NCBI GenBank assembly: GCA_049472335.1
Contig: JBLIRO010000120.1
Span: 1 to 10,709 of the forward strand
Origin: a bacterium
GTDB taxonomy: Bacteria > SZUA-182 > DTGQ01 > JAFGSM01
Length of the DNA: 10,709 nt
Reading direction: 5' to 3'
This document shows, piece after piece, positions 1-7,121 of this stretch. Under the pieces are notes generated by a model, which worked only from the letters and a program-made list of their open reading frames with translations, was not told the origin of the DNA and ran no database searches. Made by a program: the position numbers and the translations under genes. Every line of letters begins with the position of its first letter. Position 1 is the stretch's first letter.

Positions 1-168
1 AATGGCTTTTTTTCGATCTATCTTATCCGCCATATATGCTTCACTCACATATCTTTTATATAGGAGATGAATACCCTCCTCCATTGCTTCAGCCAATAAG
101 GAGGCTGTCTCCTTACCAGTTTTTTTTAAAAGATATTCCAACTCCTTTTCCAAATGAACGCCTTTCAT
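1..168 (-). CDS. Small hypothetical protein, partial (runs off left edge); possibly antitoxin-like
   Basis: My translation from ATG at 168: MKGVHLEKELEYLLKKTGKETASLLAEAMEEGIHLLYKRYVSEAYMADKIDRKKAI..., open to the window edge. Strong RBS (AAGGAG) upstream and a promoter at 229-257. The antitoxin resemblance is only an impression. Confidence 0.6.
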   Translation of the reverse strand, partial: MKGVHLEKELEYLLKKTGKETASLLAEAMEEGIHLLYKRYVSEAYMADKIDRKKAI

Positions 169-228
169 AAATTTCTCCTTATTTAACCTAATGTTTTGCT
201 TCGTGCAGTTAGGTAAAAATCGAATTAA

Positions 229-257
229 ATTATATACTTAATTGTTTGGATTGACAA
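229..257 (-). promoter_or_regulatory. Sigma70-type promoter for the small ORF at 1-168
   Basis: Minus strand reads TTGTCA-N17-TATAAT. A short inverted repeat ACCTAA(186-191)/TTAGGT(209-214) lies just downstream. Confidence 0.55.
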
Positions 258-270
258 ACTTGAATAATAC

Positions 271-1452
271 TCAAAAAGTACCTAATATTTCCCTGATCCC
301 CTCCTGCCAGGGACAAACCAAGACAGCTCCTAATCTATATTTATTCTGAGTGGTGCAAAGACAGAAGAGCTCTGCCTTTGGATTCTCGGCCTTAAATGAT
401 CTGAGGGCATGGACATCAGCCTCTGTTGGTGCATTTCTGGATTTTATTTCTATAGCAATAGATGGTTCGGTAAATCTTCTTGATAATATCAAGTCAACTT
501 CCAGGCCCGTATTCGTTCGCCAATAATGGAATTTGTATCCGCTTTCCAAATAATCATTGAGCCGGATGAGTTCTAAAATAACAAATGTTTCAAAGCGTTT
601 TCCATAGATAAATGAGTTGGGTTTCACTTTCATCCCCAATTCCCCCCTTACAGCATTCAGAACACCGCAGTCAAAAAAGTAGATTTTAGGGCTTTGCCTT
701 AACTGTTTCCTTATGGAATATGTCCAACCCTCAATTCTGAAAGCCAGCAGGGTATCAACCAGAATAGAGACAAATTCCTGCACGGTTTTTATTGATACTC
801 CGCAATCCCTGGCTATGCTTGTAAAATTTAACGGCTCGCCGTTCATTTGTCCTGCGATGTCCATGAATCGTATATAACTATCTACTTTACGGACGAGCGC
901 TTCCTGCATTATCTCTTCTTTCAGATAGGTTTCAACGTAGGCTTTCAATGTCCTGTGAACACCGCTTTCTTCCAGATATATCGCCGGCAATGTGCCAATT
1001 TCCAAGGCTTTATTTAAGTCCAGGTTCACTTCCTGGTGTGTAAGAGGGTGCAGCCTTAATGTCCATGCCCTTCCTGCTAAAAGGTTAGCACCTCCTCTTT
1101 TTAGCTTGCGAGCGCTTGATCCGGTAAGCAGAAACTGGATTTGCCCTTTGTGAGATTCAATCAGGGAGTGGATCTCGTCCAGAAGCAAAGGTAATTTTTG
1201 TATTTCGTCAATAAAGACGGTTAATAGTTGACCAGGTTTTATAGCTGCCTCAATTTCTTTGCGGAAGAGGGAAGGCTGAGATATATATCTGGTATAGAGG
1301 TCATAGGAGAGAAGATCAATGGTAAAGGATGGCTGATTTGATTTAATAAATTCCTTAGAAAGAAGTGTTTTTCCGACACCTCTTGGTCCAAAGAGAAAAG
1401 CTGAATGCCCGTTTTTTAACATGCATGCAAGATCTAGTGTTCTGTTTACCAT
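271..1452 (-). CDS. AAA+ superfamily ATPase (AAA_14 + DUF4143 type)
   Basis: 393 aa. Walker A GPRGVGKT, Walker B VFIDEIQK, LTGSSA, LAGRA, SPKIYFFDCG, and C-terminal YWRTNTGLEVDLI...AIEIKS, all typical of this family. Confidence 0.9.
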   Translation of the reverse strand: MVNRTLDLACMLKNGHSAFLFGPRGVGKTLLSKEFIKSNQPSFTIDLLSYDLYTRYISQPSLFRKEIEAAIKPGQLLTVFIDEIQKLPLLLDEIHSLIESHKGQIQFLLTGSSARKLKRGGANLLAGRAWTLRLHPLTHQEVNLDLNKALEIGTLPAIYLEESGVHRTLKAYVETYLKEEIMQEALVRKVDSYIRFMDIAGQMNGEPLNFTSIARDCGVSIKTVQEFVSILVDTLLAFRIEGWTYSIRKQLRQSPKIYFFDCGVLNAVRGELGMKVKPNSFIYGKRFETFVILELIRLNDYLESGYKFHYWRTNTGLEVDLILSRRFTEPSIAIEIKSRNAPTEADVHALRSFKAENPKAELFCLCTTQNKYRLGAVLVCPWQEGIREILGTF

Positions 1453-1460
1453 AATCCATA

Positions 1461-1489
1461 TTTATAATATATTTATGGAGTTATGTCAA
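1461..1489 (-). promoter_or_regulatory. Probable sigma70 promoter of the AAA/DUF4143 gene
   Basis: Minus strand TTGACA(1489-1484)-N17-TATAAA(1466-1461), ending 8 nt before the ATG. Overlapped by an imperfect inverted repeat TCCATA...TATGGA. Confidence 0.45.
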
Positions 1490-1619
1490 TATTTCTTTAA
1501 GACTATTTTATGTATTACGATCAGAGTATTATAGCAGATAAAAATATATACATGTCATAAAATGAGCCAGAAAGGTCATATGATTCACGCTGGTATAAAG
1601 ACTTCATAATGTTTAAAAG

Positions 1620-1652
1620 AAAGGCCCGCATATTGCTATGCGGGCCTTTTTT
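1620..1652 (-). terminator. Intrinsic terminator, probably bidirectional, downstream of the Gly/Tyr-rich gene
   Basis: Perfect 13-bp inverted repeat AAAGGCCCGCATA(1620-1632)/TATGCGGGCCTTT(1637-1649). 4-nt loop (GCAA on minus strand). T tracts on both strands. Confidence 0.85.
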
Positions 1653-1672
1653 ATTTTATCTATCAGAAAATT

Positions 1673-2203
1673 TTAGATTATGCCGGTTAAGCCGCTAAGG
1701 CCGAATCCTAAGCCGCCAAGGCTGCCGAACGTTCCTCCATAGCTGCTAAAAGGACCGCCATAACCAAAGCCATATATATTGCCGGTACCAGTGATGCCCA
1801 TATTACCATACAGGCCCAGTCCGCCATATAACCCGCCGAGGCCATAGAGCCCATAGCCTCCATATAGCCCTCCATACAGTCCGCCAAGGCCATACAGGCC
1901 ACTGAGGCCATATGCTCCATAACCTCCATATATTCCGCCATATAGCCCGCCGAGGCCATATGCCCCATAGCCGCCATACAGCCCGCCGAGGCCGTAAAGT
2001 CCATAGCCACCAAGTCCATAACCGCCATAAAGGCTCGATGAACCACCAAATGTATTAGGTGTGCCATAGCCCAGTAGTTGTCCATATCCTAAGCCTAAGG
2101 AATTAAAATATTGAGCATAACATAGATTTGTGCTTATTAATAAGAGTCCGAGAAAGATAACCGATAGAAAAAGAAAAAATTTTAGAGTATCCTTTATCAA
2201 CAT
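1673..2203 (-). CDS. Secreted Gly/Tyr/Leu-rich low-complexity protein
   Basis: 176 aa. Signal-peptide-like N-terminus (K..K, hydrophobic core, CYA|Q) followed by repeated YGLGGLYGG-type units. RBS-like AAGG/AGGA upstream and a terminator downstream. Confidence 0.75.
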   Translation of the reverse strand: MLIKDTLKFFLFLSVIFLGLLLISTNLCYAQYFNSLGLGYGQLLGYGTPNTFGGSSSLYGGYGLGGYGLYGLGGLYGGYGAYGLGGLYGGIYGGYGAYGLSGLYGLGGLYGGLYGGYGLYGLGGLYGGLGLYGNMGITGTGNIYGFGYGGPFSSYGGTFGSLGGLGFGLSGLTGII

Positions 2204-2616
2204 ATCCTTAACCTTACTGAAATAAAGTTTAAAAACCTAATCTTGTTTAAAGCGCTATATTAATTAGTAATCAGATTTTCTAATGAGTTAGATAGTCTTG
2301 AGATTTCATACTTGTATAATCAATACCCCCTTTCTCCACCCACTCGTAATTATTTAAAAATCCTTTAAAATAAAAATAAATATTTTTATTTGTCGTTGAA
2401 TTTGTTCAGCAAATAAATACTTGTTTTTTTTTAATAAAAAAAGTAAATCCGGAGATATCAATCTTAGCCGGATTGAAAATAGCCAATTAGTATTAATCAA
2501 GCATTTATTATGCCATCTTAATAATCTGGGATTTAAATGAGAGATATGTTTAAGGGAAGGATTTGGAATGTCTCAAAATTGGACGGTTGACCAAGATATA
2601 CAGTCCCAAAATAAGA

Positions 2617-2895
2617 CTATTTTTTAGAAAAAAAAGTACCTATATTTTCCATATTGTCAAGAAATTCTTTAAGACCGGGGACATCACAGGCAAGCTCCTC
2701 AACGGACAACTCTTGCCCGTCAATATCGAATGCGGAAAGGTTATATGGGGTATAAATAACCAAAGCGGCTATTTCCTTGGAGCCATGGAACCAAATCCCC
2801 TTTTTTATCTTGTGAGAAGAAATGTTAATCCTTTCAACCGGAATGATAACAAGTTCCGCTATGTTTCTTGGTGTGCCCAAACAGAGTTTATTCAT
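2617..2895 (-). CDS. Hypothetical protein, third gene of the ytfJ/DUF2953 operon (possibly a divergent YtfJ-like protein)
   Basis: 92 aa. Start overlaps the upstream stop (ATGA, 2892-2895). G.P.....LVIIPV segment echoes GEAITIEDNSIIPLV of the YtfJ-like gene. Confidence 0.7.
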   Translation of the reverse strand: MNKLCLGTPRNIAELVIIPVERINISSHKIKKGIWFHGSKEIAALVIYTPYNLSAFDIDGQELSVEELACDVPGLKEFLDNMENIGTFFSKK

Positions 2896-3485
2896 ACTCG
2901 CCTTGTTCGCATCATTGCCCAGCCTGCCCGGATGACAGCGGGTGATAGAAGGAATATGGTGACAATGTAAAGTATTCGAATCGGGACCATACTTATCTCT
3001 CCTTTACCTTCGATATAAAAGGTTTCATTTATAAAATCCGGTTCGATGTATAAACCGTGCATATATAAATTATCTAATATACTCGATACCGGGCCTACAA
3101 CAGCCCAAAGCATTCCGGTATCCGCGGGGTCATCCAATCCGAAAATGCAATGCAACCCTGAAATCCGTATACTCACTGCCTTATAGATATCGGATATGAA
3201 TCTTAAAAGCCGGCGAAAAAGCCCCTTGCTTTTGAGCAGTTTAATTACATGGCGCACCCGCCTTTGGCTGCGTTTGGCCCTGGGTTCCTTTCGTCTGGCT
3301 TTCCGGCGAAGCGGGCTTTTTGCGGAGCGTGACGGTACCGGTAAACGAATAAGGCCAAACAGCAAGCACACGGAAATATGCCTTTTAAAGGAAGGAAACC
3401 CTTCCAGAGAAAAGATTATTTGTACAGGAACAACTAATAATAGAATAACAAGACACGCAAAACATATGGCGATTCCTATAAACAT
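2892..3485 (-). CDS. DUF2953-family membrane protein
   Basis: 197 aa. N-terminal TM helix, basic linker, and the FGLDDPADTGMLWA and IEPDF motifs. Adjacent to a ytfJ-like gene, the usual context. Confidence 0.8.
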   Translation of the reverse strand: MFIGIAICFACLVILLLVVPVQIIFSLEGFPSFKRHISVCLLFGLIRLPVPSRSAKSPLRRKARRKEPRAKRSQRRVRHVIKLLKSKGLFRRLLRFISDIYKAVSIRISGLHCIFGLDDPADTGMLWAVVGPVSSILDNLYMHGLYIEPDFINETFYIEGKGEISMVPIRILYIVTIFLLSPAVIRAGWAMMRTRRV

Positions 3486-3503
3486 TGCCTTATTCTTGTT
3501 CTT

Positions 3504-3872
3504 CTATTCTTCCTGGGCGCCCTTTTTCTTTTTTTGCTGGATAATCCTGGTTATATTATCAGAGACCTTTTCAATCAATGATAGAGGGCCTCCTTTAAAT
3601 GTTTCCAGGCGGACGCCATCCTTGCCAATGACAATAATACCAATCGGCTTTATACCCCCTCCGCCGGCAGTGCCTCCTCCGGCACCTTCTCCCTTGCCCG
3701 AATCGGGTTTTTTCCCCATCCCCATTGCGGCGCCGAATCCGAAACCGATACTAACCAGAGGGATAATGCTGTTATCCTCGATAGTAATCGCCTCTCCGAC
3801 AACTGATTTGGTGCTTAATATCCGCTCGATCTCTTCGATGGCTGTCCTTAAAAGCTTTTCTACATCTTGCAT
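3504..3872 (-). CDS. ytfJ: GerW/YtfJ family protein
   Basis: 122 aa. VVGEAI...IIPLVSIGFGFGAAMG...GGGTAGGGGIKPIGIIVI signature. Strong RBS (GGAGG) upstream. Confidence 0.88.
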   Translation of the reverse strand: MQDVEKLLRTAIEEIERILSTKSVVGEAITIEDNSIIPLVSIGFGFGAAMGMGKKPDSGKGEGAGGGTAGGGGIKPIGIIVIGKDGVRLETFKGGPLSLIEKVSDNITRIIQQKKKKGAQEE

Positions 3873-3960
3873 AATAACCTTCTCCTCCTGTTAGAAAAAT
3901 CATAGAATATTAATAATATATTAACTGCTCAATAATGATTTCAACTCAAAATCAGGATTA

Positions 3961-4479
3961 CTAAAAAACGTGCTCGTTTTTGGAGACATATTCCTTAATC
4001 CATTCCGCATAGTGGCCAATTCCCTTTAACAATGTAATCTTTTTCTCCATCATTTGCTCATCTATTGCATCACATCCTCTCAAATAAAAGGGAATGAGAA
4101 GCGCATTGACATAAGGGATCGAATTTTTTTTGCAATAAATGGCTGCCTTTTTATCATCGAGCAATAGATAGTCCGCCTCCATCTCCCTAAAAAGATTGAC
4201 TGCTGTTCTTTCTCCTTTGTCCAGGGAAACAGGAAATCCGCTGTCTTTTATCTTCTTGACAGTTATTTCCCCTTCGGAGATCAGGGTTCGAATCAAGCGA
4301 GAATCATTCGAATTAAAAAATATTTCCTTACTGATTGTCTGCGTGATAAAGATATGGGCATTCCGGCAAAACAGGCCCAACAGGCCGGCTTTGGATAATA
4401 AGATAAGGGAACTGCTATCCGATATAAAAGATTTTTGCCTCATATGAATATTATAAATGACCCCAGAATATTTATCCAT
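3961..4479 (-). CDS. PIN-domain protein (DUF3368/VapC-like); true start may be ATG at 4443
   Basis: Motifs ISDSSSLILLSK, ITQTISKEI, LDKGE, LLLDDKKA carry the conserved acidic residues of PIN nucleases. Confidence 0.8.
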   Translation of the reverse strand: MDKYSGVIYNIHMRQKSFISDSSSLILLSKAGLLGLFCRNAHIFITQTISKEIFFNSNDSRLIRTLISEGEITVKKIKDSGFPVSLDKGERTAVNLFREMEADYLLLDDKKAAIYCKKNSIPYVNALLIPFYLRGCDAIDEQMMEKKITLLKGIGHYAEWIKEYVSKNEHVF

Positions 4480-4555
4480 CTTTATTCATTTTTTTAGTCC
4501 TTAGAAATCCCAAAATTTTTAATGTTTTTGTTTTTGAAAATATACTTAAAAATTT

Positions 4556-4584
4556 TTGACAAAAATATGTAAAATTGATATAAT
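4556..4584 (+). promoter_or_regulatory. Consensus sigma70 promoter
   Basis: TTGACA(4556-4561)-N17-TATAAT(4579-4584), with extended -10 TG at 4576-4577 and AT-rich upstream sequence. Confidence 0.75.
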
Positions 4585-4777
4585 CGTATCAGATAAGCAA
4601 TTATGAAAAAAATATATTAATTCATCTATGTTTTTTTCAAAAACGTTTTTCATCTTAAGCTTCTTACATTAAGCTGCAAGATTAGGTTTTTACATCATTT
4701 GATCCCCAACGTGTTTATAGGTTTAAAGGGTGAAAGAGTCTTTTTTAAGGCATCCCCTTTTATCCCTTGCAGTTGTA

Positions 4778-4898
4778 TCATTGGAAAATGCTACGGTACA
4801 CAGGTTGGGTTAAGGCTGCCCCCCCCGGGCCGTCCCACGGGTTCCGGAGAAATCCGGGATTGCTGTGATCACCTGTGTGCCGTGGTATTTTTCAATGA
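4778..4898 (+). ncRNA. Candidate structured RNA of unknown family (long stem with branched GC-rich apex)
   Basis: 4778-4805 pairs with 4871-4898 over 28 contiguous positions, 4 of them G-U wobbles on the + strand. Internal hairpin GTTCCGGA-GAAA-TCCGGGAT (4841-4860) has a GNRA loop. Confidence 0.55.
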
Positions 4899-5236
4899 CA
4901 TCCTCACTAGATTATTTTCCTGACTATTTAAAAAAAATTTCTTCCATCTCTACCTTCTAATACTGAAAGCCTGAACTGATTTAAAATTATTTTAAGAACT
5001 GTCCTGCTTCCCCTGGTGCAGTGCTAATGAGAATAAAACTTGAGCTTAATGATGATGATTATTATTATTAAATTGTTTGTGGTAAGATTTAAAAAACAAG
5101 GGTTAATCTTTAAGATAATATAATCTTAGGATAATTTAATCCAGTTAAAAATAATATAATCCATGTAGCATGCTGCAAATCGGACGCTTAAAGCAAAAAA
5201 CCGGTGAAAAATATCTTTTAAAGGGAGATTAAGCAT

Positions 5237-6304
5237 ATGAATAAAAATCAATCTCTTAATCCTGAAGGAAAATTGGAAAAAGCCCCATGTGGTTATGCCG
5301 AAACTATAGGTGTAGTCGGTGCGGGGAGCTGGGGGACCACGTTAGCCCATCTTTTAGCAGAAAAGGGATATCAGGTAGACATCTGGGTTTATGAACCGGA
5401 ACTGGTGGAAATCATTTCCCAGCAACATGAAAACACCTTCTACCTTCCGGGACACAAAATTTCAACAAACATTTATCCTTCAAACTCCCTTGAAAAGGTG
5501 GTCACAGGTAAAAGTTTGCTGGTGATGGCCGTGCCTTCACATGTTTACCGTGATGTAGCCCAAAAAGCCCTGGAATATTTACGGGACAAGGCAACAATTG
5601 TCAGTGTTACCAAAGGGATTGAAAACAAAACATTGCTAACCATGTCAGGTATCTGGCGTGAAATTCTTCCCCCATCGAAGGCTATAGAATTGGCTACCCT
5701 TGCCGGCCCGAGCTTTGCAATTGAGGTGATTAGGAAGGTCCCCACAGCGGTTACTCTTGCATCACGTGATCTGGAAACCGCGCGTCGGCTTCAGCGCATC
5801 TTTCATACGGACTATTTTCGCTCATATAGTTCCACAGACGAGATAGGCGTTGAGCTGGCCGGAGCCATCAAAAACGTTATTGCGCTCGCAGTGGGTATTT
5901 GTGATGGCCTGTGTCTCGGATTTAATGCAAGGGCAGCCCTAATTACTCGGGGATTGAGTGAGATGTCACACCTGGGAGTAAAGATGGGAGCTGACCCTTT
6001 AACTTTCAGCGGCCTGTCAGGGCTGGGAGACATGGCATTGACCTGCACGGGGGATCTTAGCCGTAATCGGACAGTTGGACTGAAATTAGGCCAGGGAAAA
6101 ACATTGAAGAGCATCCTTAAGGAAATGCACATGGTGCCTGAAGGGGTGAAAACCACGAAATCGGTCTATCAATTGGCTCAAAGGGAAAATATAGATATGC
6201 CCATCTGTAAAAACGTTTATGAGATCCTGTATGAGAACAAGCCCTGTGCCTCGGTTGTTAAGGAATTAATGAATAGGAGCCTTAGGGATGAAATGGAATT
6301 GTAG
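5237..6304 (+). CDS. gpsA: NAD(P)H-dependent glycerol-3-phosphate dehydrogenase
   Basis: 355 aa. GAGSWGT Rossmann motif, TKGIE, GPSFA, GAIKNVIA, GLGD..LTCTGDLSRNR, EGVKT. RBS AGGGAG. Confidence 0.97.
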   Translation: MNKNQSLNPEGKLEKAPCGYAETIGVVGAGSWGTTLAHLLAEKGYQVDIWVYEPELVEIISQQHENTFYLPGHKISTNIYPSNSLEKVVTGKSLLVMAVPSHVYRDVAQKALEYLRDKATIVSVTKGIENKTLLTMSGIWREILPPSKAIELATLAGPSFAIEVIRKVPTAVTLASRDLETARRLQRIFHTDYFRSYSSTDEIGVELAGAIKNVIALAVGICDGLCLGFNARAALITRGLSEMSHLGVKMGADPLTFSGLSGLGDMALTCTGDLSRNRTVGLKLGQGKTLKSILKEMHMVPEGVKTTKSVYQLAQRENIDMPICKNVYEILYENKPCASVVKELMNRSLRDEMEL

Positions 6305-6405
6305 CTACTTGCTGGAAATTACCGGGTGCCAACATTCGAAAAAATCAACCCCAAATGCAAGAGCCGGGTCAAAACACCTTTCAATTTATTCAAAATATTT
6401 TATTT

Positions 6406-6954
6406 TTAGGGTGTTATCAATAACCACCACCAAGGTACGGCAAGTATCTTTGAATGGAGCCATTTTATTGAATTTCCTGAATGGATCAAAAGGCCCCTTA
6501 CCATTGACGGGTATTCCTGAAAAAAAGTAAGAAGATTTTTTGTATCATTGAAGGATGGATTTCTCAGGAGTTTTATTTCAATAGCCAAGAGATTTTTCCC
6601 ATGTTCTATTACAAAATCCACTTCTTTCCCTGTAGTTGCCCTCCAGTAATAGATATTTGCCTTTGGGATCATTAGCTCAGTTGCTATCTTAATATGCATA
6701 TACATCATAGTCTCAAAAAAATTACCCAACTCCCTTGCCTTCATTAACGAATCCATATCATAATATCCTGAGAGGTAGATACACAGACCTGAGTCAATGA
6801 AAAAGATCTTCGGTGATTTTATTATCCTTTTTGTTCTGTTCCGATAATAGGCAGGTACCCTGTTTATGATGTTCGATATTTCAAGGAGTTTTAAGTATCT
6901 GAATATTGTGGGTTGACTGATTCCGGAATCTCTTGATACCTCCGTTTGATTCAG
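6406..6954 (-). pseudogene. 5'-truncated AAA_14/DUF4143 ATPase (only the C-terminal part remains)
   Basis: The frame of ORF 6406-6756 continues upstream as LNQTEVSRDSGISQPTIFRYLKLLE...IKSPKIFFIDSGL, then meets an in-frame TGA at 6975-6973. No ATG start and no Walker A/B domain. Retains YYWRATTGKEVDFVI..AIEIK. Confidence 0.8.
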
Positions 6955-6963
6955 TCTCTGAAT

Positions 6964-6992
6964 GATTATTATTCATGTGCTGAATAATAATC
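6964..6992. repeat. Perfect 12-bp inverted repeat with 5-nt spacer
   Basis: GATTATTATTCA(6964-6975)-TGTGC-TGAATAATAATC(6981-6992). Confidence 0.8.
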
Positions 6993-7060
6993 TAAATAAA
7001 GGTACCTGCCACATGGACCGGGAATTCTGCAATCATAATGCAGATTAAAATTAGATTTGT

Positions 7061-7089
7061 TTGACTCCTTTATTGCTATTTGATAGGGT
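7061..7089 (+). promoter_or_regulatory. Possible sigma70 promoter for the NACHT/DGR target gene
   Basis: TTGACT(7061-7066)-N17-TAGGGT(7084-7089) with TG at 7081-7082. The -10 match is weak. Confidence 0.35.
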
Positions 7090-7121
7090 TGTTGTCACTA
7101 AAAAACGGGAAAAATTAACTC

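Noticed and set aside
200..210. 11-nt match TTCGTGCAGTT to the TR/VR 3' end
   Set aside because: Too short, expected by chance in a window this size, with no flanking similarity. Not a second VR.
1708..2085. 125-aa Met/Ala-rich ORF on the minus strand
   Set aside because: Shifted-frame shadow of the Gly/Tyr repeat gene, which has the signal peptide, RBS and terminator.
2563..3894. Plus-strand ORFs 2563-2970 and 3196-3894
   Set aside because: Antisense to the ytfJ/DUF2953 operon, with no recognisable motifs.
4808..4870. Superficial resemblance to twister or HDV-like ribozyme cores (TAA..CTGCC..GTCCCA)
   Set aside because: The conserved twister loop AAGC and 3' GAGGG pseudoknot partner are absent, and I could not build the HDV pairings.
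4699..4923. 74-aa ORF over the structured region
   Set aside because: TTG start, no RBS, no motif. The sequence is better explained by RNA structure.
5545..6530. ORFs 5545-5745, 5812-6156 and 6288-6530
   Set aside because: Antisense or overlapping shadows of gpsA and the DUF4143 remnant.
6850..7010. 10-bp inverted pair GGCAGGTACC (6850-6859) / GGTACCTGCC (7001-7010)
   Set aside because: Does not extend, one copy lies in coding remnant, no transposase or target duplication. Probably chance.
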